NCBI GenBank assembly: GCA_020719045.1
Contig: DYQY01000004.1
Coordinates: 268-64,267 of the forward strand
Reading direction: 5' to 3'
Length of the DNA: 64,000 nucleotides
Source: Candidatus Termititenax sp.
GTDB taxonomy: Bacteria > Margulisbacteria > Riflemargulisbacteria > GWF2-35-9 > DYQY01
This document shows positions 55,719 to 64,000 of this stretch, in pieces. The first letter of the stretch is position 1. Every line of letters starts with the position of its first letter. Under the pieces are notes generated by a model. That model had not been told where the DNA came from. It saw only the letters and a list, made by a program, of their open reading frames with translations, and ran no database searches. The position numbers and the translations under genes were made by a program.

Positions 55719-58700
55719 CTACATGTCTTTCTTTGGAGTCCAATTAAGATCTTCCTTTACCTTAATCATAAAACCATAAGACTTGTATGTAGCACCAACT
55801 GTAAAATCAGTACCAGTATTATCATATCTGTAACGTAACCAACCAGTATAATAATAATTGTCATAAACCCTAATTTCTTCAGCTCTCAAAGGCAAATCTA
55901 AATCATCTATCTCTCCATCGAGATTACGATCATTTAGCTCCTTTAATAGTTCACTAGCTTTGTAAGCCTTACCTGCTGGTTTTCCTAACAAATTCCAACC
56001 ATTTTTAAAAAAATATGATTGAGGCATACTTGCAGTAACAGAAGCACTTATTGCTTTTCTAACAGAACTATCAATATAATAAGATTCACCATAAGCAACT
56101 GTGAAATCGTCACTCATATAAATAAACTTTCCATCATCTCTATTCCAAATGGCTGCATTCTTAATGGTTCCGGCACCAAGCTTAGTTTCAAGATATGCTA
56201 CAATCTGACTTATTTTCTGACCACCTTCATTTACAACAGAAAAGAAGTTCCATCCCTTAAGAACATTTCTCAAATATCCCTGGTTTGGATTAGTTCCGGT
56301 CAAATACTCTTCTAGATCATTCATTCCATCTTGGTCTGTATCAGCAATATCGCCACTTGGATTAATGTTTGCAACATTTGAATCTAAGTCGTAGAAAATT
56401 TCCCACCAATCAGGTAATCCGTCACCATCTGTATCATCAGATGTTGGTACTGCGGATAATGATATCTCATCTAACTTAACACTGATATTTCCAGTACTAA
56501 ATGCAGAGATAAATGAATATCCTACAAATGTTAAGTTATTTAAATCTAACACACTGTTTCCACTAGAAATAGTATTCTTCTTTTTAAAGTTACTTAATAC
56601 TAATGTGTACCATTTCTTATTAGAAGTTACTAATACTTGAGTAAAGCTGAAGACATCTCCATCTTTATCTTGTAACTGCATCTCAATCTTATCTCCAACT
56701 TTTCCGTTGCTGTTATCTATATACATTGCTACTGACATCATTCCTGCTGGCATTGTGTTTAGTGGATTATAGATATATGAACCTAAAGATCCTCCAAAAT
56801 AATTTACAGCAAGTCCATTAATTAATAATGAGGTTGTTGGATATCCAGCTTGTGTAGATCTTGTTGCTGTTATTCCTTCAGCTGTCCATGTGTATCCAAC
56901 TCTTTCAAAATTATCAATTAGTGGGAACCTTGGTGTCCACTGGTTTGGATTTGTTCTTGCAACATACTCTGATAGATCACTCCATCCGTCACCATCTACA
57001 TCTCCGGTGTTAACAACATTTGGATTGATTCCATACATTGTCTCATACCAGTTTGGTAGTCCGTCTCCATCTGTATCATCAGATGTTGGTGTCTTTGCAA
57101 CACTTAAGCTGTCGATGTACATGCTAACATTTCCTGTCGCTTTTACTGAAATAACTTCCAATCTAATAAAATTAGTCTTATTAAATTCTTTTATTCCATT
57201 TCCAGTTGAACCAGAAACTAACTCGAATCTATCTAACATCATTGTTAAATATGTCCATTTGTTAAGATCGCTTATGTATTGATTAAACGCCCATACATCT
57301 CCATCAGTTTCAACTATTTTCACAGCCACTTTGTCTCCAACTTGACCCGAAGATAGTAGTAACATCTTTAATGATAAGTAGTCAGAAGTCCAACCTGAAA
57401 CATCAGATAATACATCCTTCTGTACTCCACTTATATAATAACTTCCTGTAGCTGTTCCACTTAGCAACATCGACTTCTGATAATTCCAAGATACTGTTGT
57501 ATCTGTAGATGCAGATGTTTTTACTAATGTTGTTCCAGCATCAACTACCCATAATGTTAATCCATCTTCAAAATTATCTATCTCTGGGAATAGATTCTTA
57601 ATTGTTGGATTTAATCCTCTTAAATACTCATCCAAATCAGTTATATTATCACCATCAGTATCCTTAAGTGACTGATCAGGATTAATATTAGCTACATTTG
57701 GATTTAATCCATACTGTGTTTCCCACCAGTTTGGTAAACCGTCTCCATCTGTATCATCAGACGTTGGTACCATAGATAATGATATCTCATCTAACTTAAC
57801 TTTGATTGTTCCATTCTGTGTTGCAGAAATAAATGAGTATCCTACAAATGTTAAGTTATTTAAGTCTAATGCACTATTTCCACTTGCAACTGAATTCTTC
57901 TTGGTAAAATTACTTAATACAAACGTATACCATTTCCAATCAGAAGTTACCAATACTTGCGTAAAGCTGTATGCATCTCCGTCTTTGTCTTGGAATTGCA
58001 TTTCAATTTTGTCTCCAACCTTTCCTTCTTTGTTGTTAATTAGCATTGCTACTGACTTATATGCTGCAGGCATAGTGTTTAGTGGATTATAGATATATGA
58101 ACCTACAAATCCTCCAAAATAATTCACTGCAAGTCCATTAACTAATAATGATGTTGTTGGATATCCAGCTTGTGTAGATCTTGTTGCAGTTATACCTTCA
58201 GCCGTCCATGTGTATCCAGCTCTTTCAAAATTATCAATTAGTGGGAACCTTGGTGTCCACTGATTTGGATTTGTTCTAGCAACATACTCTGATAGATCAC
58301 TCCATCCATCTCCATCTACATCTCCTGTGTTAACAACATTTGGATCAATTCCATACATTGTCTCATACCAGTTTGGTAGTCCGTCTCCATCTGTATCATC
58401 AGATGTTGGCACAGTAGATATTGAAATGTTATCTAATCTAAAATACACATCGCCTGTTGGTGTAGAACTTAAAATATTAATAGCAAGCTTTGTAACACCA
58501 TTATCAAAATCCATAACTCCATTATTGTTATAAAGTTTTATCTTAAATTTATCTAACAACAATGTGTAATATGTCCAAACACTCTTATCTCCAAATGTCT
58601 GTGTAAATGAAAACTCATCACCATCAGCATCAGTAATAACAAACTCTACTTTATCACCAATACTACCTAAATTTTTAGCAACATACTTAAGAGATTTATA

Positions 58701-61700
58701 GTCACTTGTCCAATAACCAGCAGGAATATTTATATTCTTATAAATAGTTCCTCCATAGTAATTAACTGCTGGAGATTCTTCCTTTGTTTCAACATATATT
58801 GAATACAAAAGATTCCAACTTACACTACTCTCAGTCACTTTCTCATAAAAAATATCTACACTAGTTGTCTTGCCCCAAGAACCATTTACAGGCACACCAG
58901 CAACTAGTTCGAAATTATCTATTTCTGGAAAAAATACTTTTTTAGTTGGATCAGAACCATTAATGAACTCTTGTAAATCAGTTAAACCATCACCATCTGT
59001 ATCCTTAAGTGACTGATCAGGATTAATATTAGCAACATTTGAAGATAATCCATACTGAATTTCCCACCAGTTTGGTAGTCCATCACCATCCGTATCATCA
59101 GATGTTGGCACTGTAGATAATGATATTTCATCCAACTTAGCCTTAATAACTCCATTCTGTGTTGCAGATATAAATGAATATCCTACATATGTTAAGTTAT
59201 TTAAATCTAATAAGCCATTTCCACTAGCAACTGTGTTCTTCTTAGTAAAATTACTTAATACAAACGTATACCATTTCCAATCAGCAGTTACTAATATTTG
59301 AGTAAAACTGTATGCATCTCCGTCTTTGTCTTGGAATTGCATTTCAATTTTGTCGCCAATTTTTCCTTCTTTGTTGTTAATTAGCATTGCGACTGACTTA
59401 TATGCTGCTGGCATTGTATTTAGTGGATTATAGATATATGAACCTACAAATCCTCCAAAGTAATTTACTGCAAGACCATTAACTAATAATGATGTTGTTG
59501 GATATCCAGCTTGAGTTGGTCTTGTAGCAGAAATCCCTTCAGCAACCCATGTGTATCCCATTCTTTCAAAATTATCAATAAGAGGAAAATGTGGAGTCCA
59601 TTGTGTAGGATTGGTTCTAGCAGAATACTCTTCTAAATCACTCCATCCGTCACCATCAGTATCTCCAAGATTTGCAACTAGTACATTCAAATTATTAGAA
59701 ACTTCATACCAATTAGGAATCCCGTCTCCATCAGTATCTCCTGATATATTAGAAGTAGATACATTAATATTATCAACATATACGCTTACATTTCCTGTAG
59801 CAGTAGCTGATAACAACTCAACTCTAATATATGCTGTTTGATTAAATTGTTTAATACCATTGCCTGTTGATCCAGGTTTAATAGTAAATCTATCAAGCAA
59901 CATGCCTAAATATGTCCATGCTTGAATATCGCCAATATATTGTTCGAATTGCCATACATCACCATCTGTTTCAATAAGTTTTACTGCAACTCTATCACCA
60001 ACATTTGAATTTGCTTTAATAAGCATATTCAATGTTTTATAATCAGTTGTCCAATCAGAAACATCAGATAAAATATCTTTTTGAATACCACCAACATAAT
60101 AGTCAGTAGCTTTTCCGCTAATTAACATAGAATTCTGATAATTCCATGAAACTTTTGTATCAGTTGTATTTGCAACTGATGTTGTAATAGTAGTTCCAGC
60201 ATCTGCTATCCACTTTGTTATGCCTTTTTCGAAATTATCAATCTCAGGAAAAGAACTCATTCCATCAGCTACAAAAGGATTTGTACCATTTAATATTTCA
60301 TTATAATTATCAATACCATCGCCATCAGGATCTGCTTTAGCATCTGATGCTAAGTTAGGATTTAATCCATTTGCTGTTTCATCTGCATTTGGAATACCAT
60401 CCATATCAGTATCTGATTCAATAGCTGGAGAATAAGGATTATTTCTTGTTGTTACTAGTTCAATATTCTCAATTATAATTTTACCAGAACGACCTGCTTT
60501 ACCAGTAGAAACTGCAAAACCAATCATAGGAGAACCAGGATAAATAAGATTATATCCTGCAAAAACATCAATCATTTGCAATGGATTAAATACACTATCG
60601 CCTCCAACGTTATTCTTACTTAATAAAACCTGACTAAGAGGAATATAAATATCTCTCCATTGACCATCGTTTTTCATAAGTTTTAAGTTATATACCCACT
60701 CATTATCATCAGAAGAATTAAAAGAAAAATCTTTATTATCATTATCTTTAATGTCTAACTTAAGATCTACTGGACCATCTCCAACATTCTTAACTGAGAA
60801 CTTAATATATCTGTATCTTCCCCAGTCATATGCCTTGTTTGTTTTAATATTGCTACCACCGTAAAGTGCTGGCTCATAAAAAGTTGTTGAAAAATCATAA
60901 AGAAAGTAACCATTATATCCATCTTGGTCAGCATTATATGCTGTTACTTCAAGTGCTTTTTGATATTGAGCATTTGTTGTAAGAGCTAATGAAAGGTTTC
61001 CAGACTTTTGCCATCCCAAGGTATCAACACCATCAAAGCTATCAATAACAGGTATTGGATTCTCAAACATAGTCACATCTGCTCTTGAAACATTTAATGG
61101 AATCCTAAGTTCGGCTACTCTTTTACTTCCAATATTATTATACCCACCAGTATAACCTCTAGAGAAGTTCATAAAACTTACAACAAGAACATCTTCATTA
61201 TCATTTTTACTAAAAAGGTTGGTATTTGCTTGATTAAGGAAAGGAGCATTTACTGTTTCCCATTCATGAATAAATCCAGTAGCATCTGTTGTTATTCCAG
61301 ATAATCCACTTCTAACAGCAGACCTTGTACCGTTAGGCTTCTCAATATACATCTCATAATAAACATTTTGAATATTTTCAGCTTGATAATATCCTACCTT
61401 TTCTATATAAGTAGTATTATTAACCTTTCCAGCAATATTTAAACCGCTTCCTGCAGTACCAGTATAGGAAGCTGACTTTACTGAATAATTACCAGATACA
61501 GTTGTTCCAGATTTAATTTGAAAACTATAGGTAGTATTTGGGTCACAGTTTACGTCTACATAATGCAATTTGAATTTTTTATCAATAATACTTGGATAGT
61601 ACTGTACTCTTTTGTCTATAAATGTACCCTCACCTGGTACAATTACGCTCCCCTCCTCCGCTATATCGCTTATCCAACTTATTGAAAAACTGTCTCCCCT

Positions 61701-61793
61701 TACATTAGTTATCCTAACGTCAGAGATTGCTGATGCAAAACCCATTGTCATTAATACTAAAAAAACTGCTCCTCTTACTAATATGTTCCTCAT
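55719..61793 (-). CDS. 2024-aa secreted repeat protein: CBM-like beta-sandwiches alternating with DTDGDG Ca-binding (TSP3-like) linkers
   Basis: Signal peptide, FN3-like N-domain, seven IDxF(D/E)-initiated modules, repeated DTDGDGLPNW.E...G..P motifs, and C-terminal GWN repeats. Confidence 0.8.
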   Translation of the reverse strand: MRNILVRGAVFLVLMTMGFASAISDVRITNVRGDSFSISWISDIAEEGSVIVPGEGTFIDKRVQYYPSIIDKKFKLHYVDVNCDPNTTYSFQIKSGTTVSGNYSVKSASYTGTAGSGLNIAGKVNNTTYIEKVGYYQAENIQNVYYEMYIEKPNGTRSAVRSGLSGITTDATGFIHEWETVNAPFLNQANTNLFSKNDNEDVLVVSFMNFSRGYTGGYNNIGSKRVAELRIPLNVSRADVTMFENPIPVIDSFDGVDTLGWQKSGNLSLALTTNAQYQKALEVTAYNADQDGYNGYFLYDFSTTFYEPALYGGSNIKTNKAYDWGRYRYIKFSVKNVGDGPVDLKLDIKDNDNKDFSFNSSDDNEWVYNLKLMKNDGQWRDIYIPLSQVLLSKNNVGGDSVFNPLQMIDVFAGYNLIYPGSPMIGFAVSTGKAGRSGKIIIENIELVTTRNNPYSPAIESDTDMDGIPNADETANGLNPNLASDAKADPDGDGIDNYNEILNGTNPFVADGMSSFPEIDNFEKGITKWIADAGTTITTSVANTTDTKVSWNYQNSMLISGKATDYYVGGIQKDILSDVSDWTTDYKTLNMLIKANSNVGDRVAVKLIETDGDVWQFEQYIGDIQAWTYLGMLLDRFTIKPGSTGNGIKQFNQTAYIRVELLSATATGNVSVYVDNINVSTSNISGDTDGDGIPNWYEVSNNLNVLVANLGDTDGDGWSDLEEYSARTNPTQWTPHFPLIDNFERMGYTWVAEGISATRPTQAGYPTTSLLVNGLAVNYFGGFVGSYIYNPLNTMPAAYKSVAMLINNKEGKIGDKIEMQFQDKDGDAYSFTQILVTADWKWYTFVLSNFTKKNTVASGNGLLDLNNLTYVGYSFISATQNGVIKAKLDEISLSTVPTSDDTDGDGLPNWWEIQYGLSSNVANINPDQSLKDTDGDGLTDLQEFINGSDPTKKVFFPEIDNFELVAGVPVNGSWGKTTSVDIFYEKVTESSVSWNLLYSIYVETKEESPAVNYYGGTIYKNINIPAGYWTSDYKSLKYVAKNLGSIGDKVEFVITDADGDEFSFTQTFGDKSVWTYYTLLLDKFKIKLYNNNGVMDFDNGVTKLAINILSSTPTGDVYFRLDNISISTVPTSDDTDGDGLPNWYETMYGIDPNVVNTGDVDGDGWSDLSEYVARTNPNQWTPRFPLIDNFERAGYTWTAEGITATRSTQAGYPTTSLLVNGLAVNYFGGFVGSYIYNPLNTMPAAYKSVAMLINNKEGKVGDKIEMQFQDKDGDAYSFTQVLVTSDWKWYTFVLSNFTKKNSVASGNSALDLNNLTFVGYSFISATQNGTIKVKLDEISLSMVPTSDDTDGDGLPNWWETQYGLNPNVANINPDQSLKDTDGDNITDLDEYLRGLNPTIKNLFPEIDNFEDGLTLWVVDAGTTLVKTSASTDTTVSWNYQKSMLLSGTATGSYYISGVQKDVLSDVSGWTSDYLSLKMLLLSSGQVGDKVAVKIVETDGDVWAFNQYISDLNKWTYLTMMLDRFELVSGSTGNGIKEFNKTNFIRLEVISVKATGNVSMYIDSLSVAKTPTSDDTDGDGLPNWYETMYGINPNVVNTGDVDGDGWSDLSEYVARTNPNQWTPRFPLIDNFERVGYTWTAEGITATRSTQAGYPTTSLLINGLAVNYFGGSLGSYIYNPLNTMPAGMMSVAMYIDNSNGKVGDKIEMQLQDKDGDVFSFTQVLVTSNKKWYTLVLSNFKKKNTISSGNSVLDLNNLTFVGYSFISAFSTGNISVKLDEISLSAVPTSDDTDGDGLPDWWEIFYDLDSNVANINPSGDIADTDQDGMNDLEEYLTGTNPNQGYLRNVLKGWNFFSVVNEGGQKISQIVAYLETKLGAGTIKNAAIWNRDDGKFIYMSDDFTVAYGESYYIDSSVRKAISASVTASMPQSYFFKNGWNLLGKPAGKAYKASELLKELNDRNLDGEIDDLDLPLRAEEIRVYDNYYYTGWLRYRYDNTGTDFTVGATYKSYGFMIKVKEDLNWTPKKDM
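56401..59750 (-). repeat. Three near-identical intragenic direct repeats of about 690 bp
   Basis: Copies at about 56401-57089, 57721-58409 and 59062-59750 (offsets 1320 and 1341 bp). For example, agtggattatagatatatgaacct occurs at 56761, 58081 and 59422. Confidence 0.9.
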
Positions 61794-61895
61794 CCCTTAA
61801 CTCCCTTCGTTTATTAAAAATCCACTAATCAAATCATATATACCACAACCACAACAAAATAATTCATCCAAATATATTAATGCATCCTAGCAAAA

Positions 61896-62702
61896 TTATG
61901 TATCATCACGCTTCTCTAATTTTGCATCCAATCCAAGATCTACAGATGCTCTAAAGAACATACTAGGTCCAACTGCAGGAACTTCAGCCTTATAAACTTT
62001 ATTAGTTCCATCTTCTTCTTTTAGCATAGCACCAGCTGGAGTCCAAGTTTTTAAGTCAAAAGAACTCTGAATGCTAACACTATTCGAAGAATCCTGAGTT
62101 GCAGGCATCATTAAATTTACATTCAGGGGTGATTTTGTAATTTGTATATTACCATTAATTACAGGCAATAAAGCATCAGTAAAATAATTATAATACTCTG
62201 CATCTGTCACAATCAATGCTTGCTGTTCAGCAGAAGGATTTATGCCGTATTTTGAATAATCAGCAGGATTAACCGTCTTTGTATCAGTAATATTAATTTT
62301 TGTGCCATTAAAGTCCCAAACAAACATTGCATTCCTAACAGAAGCAACAGGATTATCAACTATAAATAAAGGATCCTCATCAGTACTTTTAACATACTTC
62401 ATGGCTGTATTCGTATATGGCTTAGAAGTATCGTCGGCAACTTCCATTTGTTGAAGTAAAGCAATATTGGCAGGTGTTATATCAAAACTATTAAATGGAG
62501 TAATAAAAGAGCTTAAAGCAGTTGCTAATACTTGTGTTCCTGGATCACTTAAATTTAAATTACTTAATTCAGTTTGCTCTATTTTTCCATTTTTAGCTAC
62601 GACAGTGTTACTACCATCTAACAACGAAAGAGTAGAACTAATTCCTTCTGTCTGATACTTTCCGATTCTTGGGACTCCATTTATTAGTGTTATTCCTGCC
62701 AT
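61896..62702 (-). CDS. Hypothetical protein, no Sec signal
   Basis: 268 aa, SD AAGGAG, C-terminal QSSFDLKTW...MFFRASV motif. Confidence 0.7.
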   Translation of the reverse strand: MAGITLINGVPRIGKYQTEGISSTLSLLDGSNTVVAKNGKIEQTELSNLNLSDPGTQVLATALSSFITPFNSFDITPANIALLQQMEVADDTSKPYTNTAMKYVKSTDEDPLFIVDNPVASVRNAMFVWDFNGTKINITDTKTVNPADYSKYGINPSAEQQALIVTDAEYYNYFTDALLPVINGNIQITKSPLNVNLMMPATQDSSNSVSIQSSFDLKTWTPAGAMLKEEDGTNKVYKAEVPAVGPSMFFRASVDLGLDAKLEKRDDT

Positions 62703-62738
62703 AATTTATCACTCCTTTTATAAGATTACTCGTCAAAT

Positions 62739-62765
62739 TATCGTTATGACTTTCACATATTCCCA
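62739..62765 (-). promoter_or_regulatory. Candidate alternative-sigma promoter TGGGAA-N16-CGATA
   Basis: Minus strand reads TGGGAA tatgtgaaagtcataa CGATA, ending 37 nt before ATG 62702. Confidence 0.65.
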
Positions 62766-62801
62766 TCAGAATTCAAAAAAAGCATCGAAAGATATTAATA
62801 T

Positions 62802-63911
62802 TTAAACAATAGTTGCTTCTCTATTACCATCTATATAGCTTAAAATAATATTATCTCCTGAAGCTAGCTGACTAGCTGAGGATACAACTCTTCCAGATTT
62901 ACGAACTATAGCAAACCCACGTTTAGAATAAGCTGAAGGATCAAGTGACTTAAGTTTAGTCGCTAAAAGCTCAACCTGTTGCTTTCTGAAAACAAAAATA
63001 TTCTTAATCCTTTGTTCTATGGAAAAACTTAAGTCTGCTAAGTCCATCTTCTTATCCTGCACCTTATTTAAAAGTAACTGCTTATAACGTTCTTTAATAT
63101 TAATAAGGCTCTGAAGGTACTCTTCTCTAGGCAAAGAAACCATAACCCCAGCAGCTGTTGGGGTTGCAGCCCTTGCATCAGCGACAAAGTCAGAGATAGT
63201 ATAATCCACCTCATGTCCTATTGCACTGATAATTGGTGTCTTACACGCAAAAATTGCTCTTGCAACTACTTCTTCATTAAATCCCCATAGTTCCTCAATA
63301 CTTCCGCCACCTCTGGCAAGAATAATTACATCAGCATTACAAGAATCGTCAGTAATTCGTATATTCTTCGCGATACTTTCTCCGGCCTTCTCGCCTTGAA
63401 CCACTGTCGGGACAATAACTATCTCGACTGCACGATTCCTAGACCTAATCGTTGAGATAACATCATGAAGCGCCGCTCCACTAGGTGACGATAATACTGC
63501 AACTCTCTTAGGAAACCTGGGGATAGATTTCTTATACTCAACCTGAAATAATCCTTCAGCTTCTAACTTGCGCTTAAGCTGTTCAAATGCGATAGCTAAA
63601 GCACCAATACCAGAAGGTTCAAGATATTTTATATGTAAAGAATAAGTGCCTCTTTTATCATAAATTGCTACTTTTCCACGAGCAAGTACTTGCATATTCT
63701 CTTCAAGATTAAAATTGAGTATTGAAGTCTGAAACATCACGCAACTTATCTGCGCATCTTCGTCTTTGAGCGTAAAATATATTTGTTTGCCTATTTTGTA
63801 TTCTTTTAAGTTAGAAACTTCACCTTTAACCCAAACATCATCCAGTATTGGATCTACCTTGATTAATTCTTTAAGATATCTAGTAAGCTCAGCTACTGTA
63901 AGAAACTTCAC
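62802..63911 (-). CDS. xseA: Exodeoxyribonuclease VII large subunit
   Basis: VWVKGEVSN, YFTLKD, ARGGGSIEELWGFN.E, SAIGHEVD.TISDFVAD.RAATPTAA. Confidence 0.96.
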   Translation of the reverse strand: MKFLTVAELTRYLKELIKVDPILDDVWVKGEVSNLKEYKIGKQIYFTLKDEDAQISCVMFQTSILNFNLEENMQVLARGKVAIYDKRGTYSLHIKYLEPSGIGALAIAFEQLKRKLEAEGLFQVEYKKSIPRFPKRVAVLSSPSGAALHDVISTIRSRNRAVEIVIVPTVVQGEKAGESIAKNIRITDDSCNADVIILARGGGSIEELWGFNEEVVARAIFACKTPIISAIGHEVDYTISDFVADARAATPTAAGVMVSLPREEYLQSLINIKERYKQLLLNKVQDKKMDLADLSFSIEQRIKNIFVFRKQQVELLATKLKSLDPSAYSKRGFAIVRKSGRVVSSASQLASGDNIILSYIDGNREATIV

Positions 63912-64000
63912 TACTTTCTCATTGACTGAATAAACTCATCAAACAAATAATCACTATCGTGAGGTCCTGGTGACGCTTCTGGGTGATACTGGACAGAAAA
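63911..64000 (-). CDS. carA: Carbamoyl-phosphate synthase small subunit, 3' end only
   Basis: Minus strand reads FSVQYHPEASPGPHDSDYLFDEFIQSMRK*. Confidence 0.9.
   Translation of the reverse strand, partial: FSVQYHPEASPGPHDSDYLFDEFIQSMRK

Noticed and set aside
56401-59750. Long direct repeats considered as CRISPR, IS ends or a DGR template/variable pair
   Set aside because: They are in-frame coding duplications of about 690 bp with no spacers, transposase or reverse transcriptase in the window, and the differences are not obviously adenine-specific.
63955-63981. CGATA on the minus strand upstream of xseA
   Set aside because: It is inside the carA coding sequence and has no TGGGAW at 16-nt spacing.

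Overview
Low-GC, gene-dense bacterial chromosome segment. The mix of SLH proteins, an outer-membrane beta-barrel, ADP-heptose genes, DUF5693 and a 7TM-HD protein suggests a diderm Terrabacteria lineage, possibly Margulisbacteria-like (inference only). 1-22 kb is a mostly + strand housekeeping run (hpf, secA, prfB, murA, ybeY, pyrG, mutL, topA, panC, prfC). 22-39 kb is metabolism (gmhA, hldE, gpmI, gpmA, pfkA, serC, purF, purL, nadD, rfbB) with three tRNAs and a dif-like site next to two DnaA boxes. 39-50 kb holds an orphan FlhA/SctV gene, a small ORF and an atypical FliA-like sigma factor, downstream of an F-type ATP synthase operon. That operon encodes both a normal Na+-type c subunit and a triplicated c subunit that keeps only one glutamate. 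50-63 kb is a surface-protein cluster: a PorV-like barrel fused to SLH domains, a CBM-rich protein with a T9SS-like C-terminal domain, and a 2024-aa CBM/Ca-binding repeat protein. Main observations: (i) a bipartite motif TG(G/A)(G/A)AW-N16-CGATA at a constant distance upstream of four genes, including the sigma operon and the surface cluster (candidate new regulon); (ii) a PorV-SLH/CTD-cargo gene pair outside Bacteroidota; (iii) the hybrid c1/c3 rotor; (iv) a purF stop codon inside tRNA-Arg; (v) an unannotated 35-aa CdaR-like micro-ORF. All protein calls rest on motif recognition by eye; no database searches were run.
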